Below, one piece after another: positions 51,123 to 63,027 of a stretch of 64,000 bases of DNA. A program made the translations under genes and the position numbers. The notes under the pieces are model-generated. The model had not been told where the DNA came from. It saw only the letters and a program-made list of their open reading frames with translations, and made no database searches. Numbering within the stretch: the stretch's first letter is position 1; every line of letters starts with the position of its first letter. This DNA is from Marsupella aquatica (Eukaryota; Plantae; Marchantiophyta), in contig OZ316892.1 of NCBI GenBank assembly GCA_973895155.1, positions 7,361,251 to 7,425,250 on the forward strand. The letters are read 5' to 3'.

Positions 51123-52067
51123 CTATGGACCGAAGACCAAAGCTCTGACCTCAATGCTTTCCCTGTCTGGCGCACCCACTGGTGTCCTAGGATCCTTGAA
51201 AGCAGAATGTGGCACCCTTCCCCCACGCACAACATGAAATGATCCCTTATTCAGGGCCTCACTGTCAAAGCACTCCAACAGCAACCTCTCATCATTCTGC
51301 ATCCCACTCAAATAATGCCATTTTTGGCCGGGATTGTACACCACTCCAGCCGTCTCGCCAATGCGATCTGGAAACCTCAACTCAATGCCAATGAGGTCCG
51401 CATCTTCCACAGACGCCGATGAGGCGAACGAAAGAGGAAAGGCGATCACGGGTCCATTGAGGGGCCGCCACACATTGATGATGCGGCATCGGCCTTGCAA
51501 GAGCGTCTCGGCTTCTGCGCCGAGGTGGCGCCTGACGCGCTCTCTCGCACTCTTGGCAGTCTGGTCGACGTGAGCACTCAACACTGGACTCCGAAGCGCA
51601 ACACCGCCTTTGACCGGGCGGCGGATGGTGTGGTCGAAGATGAATACTCTGTGGCTGCCGGGGACGTTTTCAAGCAGCACTTTCTCAACCTCGGGGTAGT
51701 AGTTCTGCTTAATCGATTCGTCGGATGTGAAATCCTTTTCTGCGGAATCAGGCACGTTGCGAACCACTGCGAACGCATCGTTGTCCAGGCCGTACTCATC
51801 TTCATGGCCACGGATGTCACGAATAGTCACCGAGTTTATGAACACGCCGTAGTTGCTCTTAGGCTGACCCTGTAGTGTGTCGACGTAATTCAACGGAGCG
51901 GACCCGTCTTCTGGTGGCTTGTAGAAATTCAAGCTAGCGGTGACATCTCCGCGGGGGATCGTCACCAACGAATCGGCAGCGTCAACTGTTTTGGCTGGAG
52001 CTTCAGCCCGTGCTGATTCTGAAAGATTGTGCGCTGGTGTAACGTTCTGAGATGCCACCGCCGCCAT
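51123..52067 (-). CDS. AsaB/CmcJ/NvfI-like Fe(II)/2-oxoglutarate-dependent hydroxylase/desaturase, copy B (314 aa, intronless)
   Basis: Colinear paralog of copy A, with IRDIRG..GLDNDAF, YYPEVEKV, FDHTIRR, AHVDQT, IINVWRPL, RVPHSAFKDP and RESIEVRALVFGP. The ORF is intact. Confidence 0.88.
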   Translation of the reverse strand: MAAVASQNVTPAHNLSESARAEAPAKTVDAADSLVTIPRGDVTASLNFYKPPEDGSAPLNYVDTLQGQPKSNYGVFINSVTIRDIRGHEDEYGLDNDAFAVVRNVPDSAEKDFTSDESIKQNYYPEVEKVLLENVPGSHRVFIFDHTIRRPVKGGVALRSPVLSAHVDQTAKSARERVRRHLGAEAETLLQGRCRIINVWRPLNGPVIAFPLSFASSASVEDADLIGIELRFPDRIGETAGVVYNPGQKWHYLSGMQNDERLLLECFDSEALNKGSFHVVRGGRVPHSAFKDPRTPVGAPDRESIEVRALVFGP

Positions 52068-53049
52068 GTTGTGGATCGCTAAGATCGATGAGACCTCTGC
52101 TGTGTGAGGAGGTAGAGTACTAACAGCTGGGTATGTATGAATTGGGAGCACGATGAATATCGTGCTATCAATGCGACCTCCTTCTATCAGGAGACTGAGT
52201 ACCGTCTGATTGGCAATACGATGCAAAGTACTCGAAGATTAAATTCCACTGACCGACAAACGGAGAGAAAGTGCGCAATATGTTCCTACAAGCGTCTTGT
52301 GTCCGTGTTCAGTGCTGAGAGTCGATCACTGTTCACATCTGTATAGTAAGCGATGCAACGGAGAGCTTTATAGCGTCAGTCTGAGATCGGTGACAGTGGA
52401 ATACTGATGCACGTCTCATTTGGGCCTTTGGGGTGTGATGTATCTGGACAAAACTGGGCGCACTATACGTCAAGAGCCTGGAGTTTCGAGGTGGGCTTAC
52501 TGTACAGAAGGTCATGCAACGGAAGCAAACTGCTTTTGGACCAAAAGAGTAAGAAAATGCTTGCGGTACAGCAGGCGAAATTACCATGGTCTCTGAATAT
52601 GCGTAGAGTGGGGAGCCTTAGTGCTGAGCATAGCCCATAAGAAACTGAGGACGAAGCTGCGAAAAGGCATCGTTATATCATTTTAGTATGACATCATTTT
52701 AGTATGGGATAATCAATATGGTGTTCTTCATTATGGGGTCCAGTTAACTGCACATAAAAATCATAAAAATATGACGTATAGTGTGTATGACATCCCTTGT
52801 ATTGTGTTCTTTTCACACATGAAAATGTTATTTTCTTATCAAAATATGACATGTAGGACATCCCCCCATATTGTGATCTGTTCACAAATCAAAATGTTAT
52901 TTAATGTTATTTTCTTTATATTAATCAGTGCATACTGTATATTATCACATTTTGATGCATTGTGTGATTATTGACCCCCATGGGAAGCTCTTTTCAAAAT
53001 CCCTAGAAGCATGTGTTGCCACACCAGCATTGGTGGTCATAAACAAGAA

Positions 53050-53345
53050 GAATTCGTTAGACCATGGATAGAAAGAAACTCGTCAACTATTATAACATTT
53101 ACCAAGGTAAATTTAGGAACCCTTCAGTTTCTATGTAAAAAAAAAATTCCAAGGGAACATAAGAAACCCTTTAAGTACTAGGGATAAAAGAACACCAAGG
53201 GAACATAAGTAATCCTTCAACTACTATGGATAAAAGAAGACCAAAGGAATGGAAGAAACCCTCCAACTTCTATAAAACATTTTGCATGACCTCTATGGAC
53301 ATAGGAGTACCAAGGGAACTTGTGCATGGACTACTACTACCATGA
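53050..53345. repeat. Degenerate ~47-bp tandem repeat (aagggaacataagaaaccctt..actactatggat)
   Basis: About 5-6 decayed units. The same family occurs in the opposite orientation at ~63640-63900. Confidence 0.75.
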
Positions 53346-53734
53346 AAAATTTACTTTTTTCCCCACATCTCCATATTCAAAGCTATTCCAGTATGCAAAT
53401 TTTCATGTGCTCTAACTTAGTGTGCATTGGTTGATTTGAAGAAAATAACAAGGCTTATCATGGTATGGAGGGATAAAAAGGTTTATCATGGTATGGAGAG
53501 AACACTATATGTCATACTTTGATGTCCAGGTATCGGGACCCCAAAATGAAGAACACCATATTGAGCTAGTATTGCCACACTTCTCTCTAGAGAAGGTCCG
53601 TAATCGGTTGCTTTGACATTTTGATGTTTGATGTTCTCTAGAGAGAGGTTTATTACCGGGTTTATTAGTAGTAGCTTTGTATGTCAAGTGTCCATTGAGA
53701 CCACCAGATAATTAGCAACATTAGCTCAATACCC

Positions 53735-53960
53735 ATGCATTGCACAAAAGATGTTGATGCATAAAACATGTCAATGCCTAATCAATGTCATTCCACAAAA
53801 GAGGTCAATGCGTAAAATATGGCATTGTGGAAAAGATATCGTCGATGTAAAAGAGTAAAAGATGTTGTTGAATAAAAGCAATCATTCCACACACAAAAAA
53901 TGTGTTTAAGATTTCATTGTGTAAAATACATCCTTTGCACAAAAGATGTTTTGGAAGAAA
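53735..53960. repeat. AT-rich degenerate repeat (cacaaaagatgtt motif)
   Basis: The aaaagatgtt / cacaaaaga motif recurs 5-6 times. Confidence 0.5.
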
Positions 53961-54988
53961 ATATGTCTTTATGTAGGATATTCTATAAATAAAGTAGTCT
54001 GTGTGCAAGAGGTGCTTGCCCAAGAGAGAGAGAAAGATGGGGATAGGTTTGGGGCAGGCATTTGGGTCAGAGATCAAGGGAAGGCAATTAGGCAACGGTT
54101 AATAATAGTCTCTATATGTGGCTTCCATTAAGAAATAGGACAGAATGGCCCATTTAACACCATAATAAAATATTTTCACTTTGAGTTTGTAATCTTTGGC
54201 AAACTTCACAAACACTGTAATGTCATGATTGACATGAGGGGACCATGGCCTGGGAGGTGGGAGGGTTGAGGAGGACAAATCCCTCCTTGATACTCCTAGT
54301 TTTTATCACTTGGAAATTCAGTTCTCTGGGGCCTGAGAGTTTTCATTACTTCCAAAATCAATCCTCACTATCTAGAGCCCTCCACATCAACTACGACCTT
54401 CTTAGGTGTAATACACCTAAAAACTTAACAAAACTCTATTTTTAAATTTATTTGCCCTCAACCCTTAGATAAACAGACCAAAGTTCAAGGAGTTTCACGT
54501 GGCAGTCATCAACTCCAATCATTATTGGGACATTGCATTCGGACAAGTATTGAGACAAGTGTTGAGTGGACCGAAGGCACATGAAGGGCAGAGATTCCGA
54601 GACTCCCTCTTCTCGAGCTTTTGGGACTGCAGCTGCCTCCGGACCTTCGAGGTTCATCGAACAACACTGCAATCAGAGTTGGCAGAGTACATTGATCCCA
54701 CGCTTCCCTGGCTTACAAGATCGAGTCGGTATGTGTCGTAGAAATTGTGAATATAAGTGCTGAATTGAAGCCAGGGACTTAGAAAATGAGTGTATAGGTT
54801 GTGGAGCGGGACAGGATTTCACAGTCAGCAAAATAGGAAGAGAAGCCTGGCAAGGGGTAGGCCGTGGGGGAGGGAGGGTGGAACAAGGTAGAAAGAATTG
54901 TATTCCTGGTGGAGAGGGGCAAGGAATCGAATTCTACAGTTGAAATCAGACAGAGGAGGCGGAAGGAGGTAGTCGGAGGCAATTCACT

Positions 54989-55705
54989 ATGTCGAGCAAA
55001 GTTGCGGCTGTGGTAGGAGTCGGGCCAGGTTTGGGACTAGCAATTGCTCGAAAATTCGCTCGCCATGGCTACGTAGTTGCAATTCTGGCACGAGATTATG
55101 ACAAGCTTACGAAGTTTGCCGAGCAGCTTGCGGAAGAGACATCGGCTCAAGTCGCGGCTATCCGAATTGACTGCTCTGATCCCAAATCGATAAAGGAGGC
55201 CTTTGAAGCCGTCAACTCCCTCGGCGCTGTTGAGGTCTTGGTGTACAACACAAGCGGACCGTTCCCATGGCCACCGCCGAAATTCGCAGACATCAGTGTC
55301 GATTCATTTGAGAGGAGCTTGACCATCAGTTGCGTGGGTGCATTTCATTGCGTACAACAGGTCGTTCGGGGAATGATCGAGAGAAAGCGCGGCACGATCC
55401 TGTTCACTGGAGCCACTGGATCGATTCGAGGAAGTGCAGGTTTCTCCCAATTTGCAGTTGGAAAATTCGCGTTGAGAGCGTTGGGGCAATCACTGGCTCG
55501 TGAACTACATCCTCAGGGAATACATGTGGCTCACATTATCGTCGATGGGAAGATTAGGAGCACGGCAAGAGGTGGCAATTTCGCTGTCGCAGAAAAAACT
55601 ATGTCTCCAGACGCCATCGCCGAAGCCTACTGGCAGCTGCATGTCCAGGATGACAGCGCTTGGACGCAGGAGCTTGATCTGCGTCCATTCAGCGAAAAAT
55701 TCTAG
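54989..55705 (+). CDS. Atypical short-chain dehydrogenase/reductase (NAD(P)-binding Rossmann fold), intronless, 238 aa
   Basis: VVGVGPGLG glycine motif, VLVYN, GTILFTGATGS, FAVGKFALRAL (Phe at the YxxxK Tyr position), GIHVAHIIVDG and AWTQELDLRP, as in the SDR_c10-like family. Confidence 0.92.
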   Translation: MSSKVAAVVGVGPGLGLAIARKFARHGYVVAILARDYDKLTKFAEQLAEETSAQVAAIRIDCSDPKSIKEAFEAVNSLGAVEVLVYNTSGPFPWPPPKFADISVDSFERSLTISCVGAFHCVQQVVRGMIERKRGTILFTGATGSIRGSAGFSQFAVGKFALRALGQSLARELHPQGIHVAHIIVDGKIRSTARGGNFAVAEKTMSPDAIAEAYWQLHVQDDSAWTQELDLRPFSEKF

Positions 55706-56686
55706 TGTGGTTGCAATGAGCTGCAGATGCCCACAATCAAGCAGCTCGTGTTTTGGAGGGGTGCACCTTATTAGACTCGATACGATCATGTCTGAGCTCT
55801 CTAAACTTTAGGTGAAAAAAATTAGAGTGCATATTTTGGAAATACTAGCTTGAGTGCCTCTTTAGAGATTGTGCTATTTTCATTTCCAAAGACACGCCCT
55901 GCCCTAGTCTTCCAATCTCACCCCCAATTTCAACCACCATAGATGCTTCACTCTAGACCATTGGTCCCCAAGAGTAGCTTGCGATGGCAATTATAAAGTG
56001 AAATTTTTGAGCATTTTGTTGTCGAAGTCAGTGTTTACCTACTTATTAAGTGGCAAAACAACATCTAGTGAAATGTATCTTGGCGTGGCCTTATAACATG
56101 GATGCAGAATTAAGGATTCTTTTATGGAGTTGATTGTCCCTGAGGTAGATAGAGCCAATCACCTGCCAAGGAGGAAAGTCAGATCTTATAATTACCAGGT
56201 TGGTCCTCTTTGGTATTCTTGAGATTTTTGCTGTTTTCTTTTCTTTATTGGGTCTCCAACCTTTGGGATGTGTCTCCAGGTTAGGCACTTTATGTTCATT
56301 GGCAACATGATATACTATCAACGACTTGGAACATTGACCCGGACTAATCATTCCTTCCCCATTACATTTTTTTGGAGACCATGACCATCAAACCTTTAAT
56401 CTAACAGGTGCCCTGAACTTCTCCCTCTCCCTTCAAGGCAACCTCCAACCCAAGATCAAGGAGCACCATCAGATCTGCAAAAACAGAGACTTGGATAGTA
56501 GTGATTCTGGGTAATGAAGGCCAAACACTCACCACAACTTCCTTTGTATTGTGAGCACGACACCTTGGGAAGAAAGATTTTGGCAACTATCCACCAAAGA
56601 AGAAAAAAAATGGATGCCCGAGTGGAAGGTTAGGCTCAAAGTGCGAGTCCACTGACCGAGGGACTGCAATGCAAGAATTCAAATTC

Positions 56687-56755
56687 ATTTTCAAGAGCCC
56701 CCACTTATGGCCCCACTTACACCCCACTTACAGACTGGTGGGGGCTCCTGAAAAT
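56687..56755. repeat. Small foldback: 18-bp inverted repeats enclosing ccccactta x3
   Basis: attttcaagagcccccac (56687-56704) pairs with gtgggggctcctgaaaat (56738-56755) at 17/18 positions. Confidence 0.75.
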
Positions 56756-58262
56756 ATGCGAGAATTTGCGTGGCTCTCATGACTCTACCTTAGACTTTTG
56801 GTACTGGCTTTCTGACAAATTTGAAGGACTTCTAATCCAAAACGTCTGAGAATGACATAGCAGTGGTGCAGCATTTGAAGGAACCCACTGCAGCAATGAA
56901 TCGCTATCTGAAGCTCGGGTGTGTTGTTTCCGCTTTACCAACCAGATGACAACACGAAACGTGCAATATTAATATGGCAAATTACTTTGGAGCAGAGGAT
57001 TGAAGCTAACTTGAGGGTTGGAATTTAAGCAGAACAGACTGTCAGATTATACTCTGATAGAGATCTAGGTACTGGGTCTAGGTGAGGGTGGGGTTCTTTA
57101 CGGTCTCATGGCTTGACTACATGAGTTGGGCCAGGTCTTCCACACCCCTCACATCATAAGGAAGAGATGGTTGATAGGAAGAAGGAGCAGGCGAACAACA
57201 AGTGAGAAAGGAACGCACACAAGGTGAACAAAGTAGTCAGAGAGAACAATCGCTAAGACCAGGAACGTTTTCAACTCAGTTATTCTAGTTGCTCGAAGAA
57301 GGATTGATGCAGAGGAAGGAGATGAGGGAGAGGAGGGCAGACGAGGTTGGCACGATCACTACCAACACAAAGGAGCCCATTAATGTACTCCCCTCCTCAA
57401 GTCGAGATAAGATTAACAGGCCTGATCTGCAGGATAGACTTGTGGTATTGCAAACGCTTGCTGGGCTGCACAAACAGTTCTTTTGTTCACCTATCTAAAG
57501 CTCCAAATTCTTGGACCAAGAGTGGACCTATTGACTTTTGAGAATCATGTTCATCTCATAAAACTTCATTCATTTCCTAGTCAGAGGGAAACATGCACGG
57601 CCCTTGATTCAGTACTCGTACTCTGTATCAATTTCAAGGTGTTCCTCCCAACTCGCTAAACCCATTAGCAAATTTGACAGGCTAGCACTGCTGACCTTTT
57701 AGATAATGACAGTGTAAAGATGCAAGGCACAAAAGCAATTTCAACTTCTGACATGATCTCCTCATAAGTTTAGTAGCCAGTCCCTGTATATGGCTCCCAC
57801 TTGAGACAGCAGGACTTCCAAAAGGTCTCACTAACAATAAAATACTCTGCGTCTCATTAGTCTAATATTAATGCCATCCCTGGATTCATGTGGGAGGTCA
57901 GTAGCAACTATACACAGCAGAATATCTTGAATCGGCAAGAGTAATGAAGCGGCCACATGTACCAAGCGAGCCATATTTTGTTCACATATAAGCTAGCTAA
58001 ATTACCCTCAATCTCAAACAATAGCTGCCATAAATTGCAAATGAAACTGGACTCCGCAACGTCCACAGTCCACAAGCAGGCTAAGAAGTGTAATCCTTAT
58101 TCATTTTTTGCACAGTTCTTCCTGTTAATTCTTGCCCATAGCAGTGTACTGTAGAATAATGTGCTCATCACTGGATATTACGAGAGATGATAGCCAATTT
58201 CCGTGGGCAAAAAGGGTGCGGCGTGTAATATTCACACAAAAGAGTCGACTCGCTCCAAGCTA

Positions 58263-61200
58263 TCAAAATTCGAACTCTCCTGATGCCTGCCAAAGAAAGA
58301 ATACGTCAACTTGCAACTTCGACTATACGGCACAAGGAGGTGACTGATTTCTTTTCTGGCAATAACTGGAGTAACAGACATGACAAGTAAGAGAGCAAAC
58401 CTTGACAAATAGGATGTCTTTATTATTCAAGTGCATGATACCGTCTTTGAGAGTACACTTCCACTTGTTTTTAGATCTTGTCACCTGTAATTGACAAAAC
58501 AGACATCATTACAATGACATTTGACCATTCAAGTATGACAAAACATACCAATGTTATCTACAACCAAAAACACTCCGAATGCCGTACTCGTTCCAAGCTT
58601 AGCGACCATAACCCATCATAAAGTCAATGACATGCCTGCTACTTGTGCACGAGATAACAAACTCAACCTTATTTTACCTTACCAGCCACAAAGTATAGTT
58701 TGCAAACTCAACTTAAGACATGAGGTCAGACAGTTCAGAGTTTGTCACAGCAAGTGTACACGGATCACTTCACAAACCATTTCCCAACCTAAAGGCTGAC
58801 TTTGGAAATACAGGAGTGCCTCATCAGCCATTGTGAGTGAAATTCCCTGAGTCGACCTTGTCAAATTGAGCCAGTACTAAGTGCTCGGTTATGGGCTCTT
58901 CATCCCCTTGATCATTATCATCAACGTCATCGTCATCATCTTCATTCAAAGGTGGTTCTCCACCATCTGAATCTCCTGCTGCGGGCTCCACTTTCAGCAC
59001 TCGAGACGCGGCATCAGTTGCTGGCTGTGGTTCTGTACAGATAACGACTAGAAATTATTCATCTTCAGACTCTGCAATTTGCAGACTTCACTCCTTGGGA
59101 AGGACTCACGAAGTCAAGCCAAACTCCCTTTACTTTCGGGCAACAGATGACCACCGTCACTGACCCAAACCACTTTAATAATAACCTCGACTGTGGGGTC
59201 ACAAATCATAAGAGAACCACAAAGCATACTCCAACATAATTAAAGAGATACAAGAGCTTGTTGAGCACTGGAATCTGAATTCGTCCTCTCATAAACTAGA
59301 CAAAGCAGGCGACACTACATGTTGCTTATGTGGAGCTTAGCACCTGCAAACAGCTATCCGGCTCACGAAGAGGATTTCAGAATCTATGAGAAAACATTTC
59401 TTCGAGCCGTGTAAACAAAATTGGATCTCCACTAATTTGCACACAAACCACTGCACGAGTGAAAAGAATCACCAGCTCTTGTAGAGATGACATTCATATG
59501 CGGCTGTGCATATTCAATATTTAGAAATCCACACAGGAACAGCTGCATATGAATGTCATCTCTACAATATTCAGTGTTTAGAAATAACCTTCTTCTCCTG
59601 GTTCATTGTAGTCTTCTTCTGCGACACCCTGAATTAGCAATCAACACATGAACCGAGAATTAAGCGCCTCGATACAAATATCAGCAAAACGTAATCCTAC
59701 AACTGCTATTTGAGTGTGTGCTGCATACATGTCTCACCCATCCCATTTTCTGTACACATTTGAGAATTAATGGCTGTTTCGCAACGCATAACATTTCAGT
59801 AACAGCAAAGTTAAGGGATAAAGTGCATGGGATGGAAATCTTCATAAAACGACTCACGTCATCATAATCATCATCTATGCCATCACATTGTGGAATATGT
59901 GACGGGCCCAGTCGTGAAATAACCTCCCCTACAGAAGACAGCCTTGCATCCACATCACATGCTTCATGCCTCCGCGGCCCAGAGTTGCAACTTCTGACGG
60001 CCAATCTTTCAGATACGCATCCCCCGTCCTTGCCCGAACACTGCACAGCACCTCTAGGGACCATCACACAATTAGCAGTTGATAATAAGTACTAAAACAT
60101 TCACACCTACTCAGCTCAATGCTCTACGGAAACGAGATGCAGATATGCTATATGTGCATTGCACCTAGGGACTCTGCATGGCCTTGACAGGAAAATAGGT
60201 ACCGAACTTGGCTGACGCCTTGGACCACCGACTGTAGCTAGCCGGTATCAAAATATTATAATGCACAACATTCACCCAAAAAAGGCTTTTCCATTCCTCT
60301 ACAAGACGTAAAGTACAAAAAGCCGCAGTCTATCGTAATCAAACTGACCATATACACAAGTTCCATTTCTATTAGAGGAGAATCTAATGAGTCCAATTTC
60401 AGCATACCTTATACCTGGCAGGGATATTTCACAAAGATGGACTTACATCTAAATTGCTTTAAGATGACAATCTCAAGTCATGATTAGGATTGCTAACGTT
60501 AAAGGGGACTTGAATGCTACTCCCTACTTTCCTTGCCTGATGTGTTTCGGGAATATCTCCTGCTCCATCTTGCTGGGTGATGTAATTGCCGGAAAAGTAA
60601 GGGCCTGCTGCAAGATCCTCTCGCTTCCGCTTACCCATTGGAAGAGTGAAAAAGTCCTGCTCCAACAGATGAGACATGGGAACGATGTTAAGGTGTAGAA
60701 AAGAAGGAGAGGTGACCAATAAGTTATCCAGAGACAGCTGTTTCTGATTCTAGTCCACCACTTTGTGGGCTTGCGTACCTAAATTACAAAAGACGATCTC
60801 ACAATTGGAGAACCTTAACCTTTGTGATTGGAGCTTGCCCTAGCCCAGATTCGTCCTCCTCTTGGCCCTCTTCATAAGTTGCGTTCATGTCTGCCACATC
60901 ACCATCATGAGGTAGAGACGAGAAAATTGACTGTCAGGTACAGTGGACAAAAACCTGACAGTCAAGAATCCCCCAAATAAACATTCATTGAGAACTTACT
61001 CCTTTAAACTATCAAGTACCTTACTCCTTTATACTATCAAGGACCTTTATGAATAAACGGAGCACGAGAGGAGACATACCAATATTAACATCAACACCCC
61101 TTGGCTTTTGATTCATCCAAGGAGCTGGCTGTTGCTGCAATAAACAAGTAATGAACACTTTGGAGCCAGAAATGAGAAGAGAACGATAGCTCTTCTACAC

Positions 61201-62664
61201 GACACGCCTCTGTTCTCATGCGACTAAGCAGATTGTACAGCACAGTTGTAAATTTGTTCCGTACTGAATTTGGGACGAAGACATAGCCCTCGCGTGTATG
61301 CAAAGCAGAGAAAGAGTAGGAGCCCAAGGAGAAAATTGAGGACCCATTCTCAAATTTAACATTCAGTTAAATTGCAGAACAGAAAAGCTGCATAAAGGTA
61401 CCATGAATGAGGCTGGCCTTCCAGGTTTGCTATCAAGATCCAAACCACCATCACCTCCGATCACAGCTTCACTCGGGCCAGGGGGAATATATTGGAACAT
61501 TATTGGCTCTCCCGTACTCGTAAGAGCAGGCGAGGTTGTATCCATTTGAGATGACATCACATCTGCCTGAGGCGTCATTGGTACTGGCGTCGATACTATG
61601 GGTGTCATTGCCTGTGGCGTCTGCAATAAATTTTGATTGCAGAAAACAAAGGGAATTCTCGTGAACAATCAGTTCATGAAGAACGCATCATACTAAACTA
61701 CTAGCATTTCTCCTGAACAGACGCAAACTACGCACACAGAAGTCAAATGAGCTCAACATTCTTTCCACGGTTGTCCATCGTAATCAACGAGTGACCAAGA
61801 AGAGGTGCAAACTTACAGGGGGGAAGAGAAGATCTACTGTAGGTGTCTGATACTCTTCTGTTGCTTCGTACGGAACATTGAGATCGTGCACCGGTGTGGC
61901 CGTAGAACCGGCCCTTGACGCGATTGGCGCAGCTATCTCTTGAAAAGAAGATCCTTGAATCGCCCCAGCTTGCATCATCTTCAACTCCCAAAGCTGTTGA
62001 AGCCACACACTGAGAACGATGTGCGAGCTATTTGCTTGTTTTCTACTTCACAATTACCTTGACACCTAGGCAGTAGTGATCTAGAAATATACTGATTGCA
62101 GAAACTATTAGTCTCTCCTACTTACCGAAGAAGCCATAACAATCACTAACCCTGCTGGGCAAAAGCATTTCTCACGCCATACAGGAGCGATATCGATGAT
62201 GATCTCCGGAACATCAAAACCTATATTTTAGGCTTCACAAATAAGGGCTACACGTCTCCTCGCTTGCGGAGTAAACCCTCGACTCATGTTTGGATTTTTC
62301 GTTCACTACTTGTCGAAGGGACCATCCTTTAAAGACCGGCTGAAGAGGATAGCAATACCACTCGGTGCTCGGTCCAGGTTGCACATAGGCATTCTTCAGT
62401 TTCAAAGACGGGCAAACTAATCGCGACCAACCTACCTCACCACAAGCACAGTGCAACCTCGAGATACATCTACGGGATTGAAAAGAAACATAGAAACCGT
62501 GAGAAACTCACTTGTCGCAGCTCCACCAAAACACTTTCATCGACACCTTCGCTTTGGAATTCATCCCGCACGCTCTGAATCACGTCCTCCACAACATGCA
62601 AATACACATTCGTTACGCTCACCGGCGGCTCCTTTTCCTTCGCCTGTCCCTTCAGTTGCGCCAT
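58263..62664 (-). CDS. Transcription initiation factor IIA large subunit (alpha/beta), about 11 exons
   Basis: N-terminal VYLHVVEDVI..VRDEF..GVDESVLVELRQ|LWELKM, then HDLNVPYEATEEYQTPT, KPGRPASFM, QQDGAGD, IPQCDG, an acidic EPPLNEDDDDD, HLVLAQFDK|VTRSKNKWKCTLKDGIMHLNNKDILF and the final ASGEFEF* (stop 58263-58265). Confidence 0.94.
59479..59567. repeat. 29-bp inverted repeat (28/29) with a 31-nt loop in a TFIIA intron
   Basis: ttgtagagatgacattcatatgcggctgt (59479-59507) pairs with acagctgcatatgaatgtcatctctacaa (59539-59567). Confidence 0.92.
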
Positions 62665-63027
62665 CTGATCCTTCCCTAATTCCTTTCAGAAGTAATCCCG
62701 ATGGGGAAGTGCTTTCTTCCGTTCGTTCCCTTATGCTCTGTTGCGTGCCTTCACTCCTCGAATTAGGTGCCGCAGCTCGTTACAATTGTGGGGCAATCTT
62801 ACTACTACAGCAACTGCTCCTCGACACCGTTCTCGTGTCGTGTCTTACGGCTCTGCCGCACTCATGACAGGTAAAGGGACTGAATGTGAAGCGACCCAGT
62901 GCCAGTGCCAGAAGGGCCACTCCATGGAGGGGCCGGGGGCCACGAAGGGCCATGGAGGGCCGTGGAGTGCCGTGGCTTCGGGACGTCTCGGCCCCGGCTT
63001 TGGCTCCCTCCTCGGCTCTCTGTTCAG

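Noticed and set aside
38708-52067. Fungal contamination as the source of the oxygenase genes
   Set aside because: There are two diverged copies with duplicated flanks, interleaved with plant-type TEs and bounded by plant genes. Contamination is unlikely but needs read-level confirmation.
52068-52226. 52-aa N-terminal extension of oxygenase copy B
   Set aside because: It does not begin at an ATG and is not conserved in frame with copy A. The shared MAAVA start is preferred.
54448-54763. Short ORFs upstream of the SDR (WDIAFGQVL...)
   Set aside because: Only a vague resemblance to a LINE ORF2 C-terminus, too weak to call.
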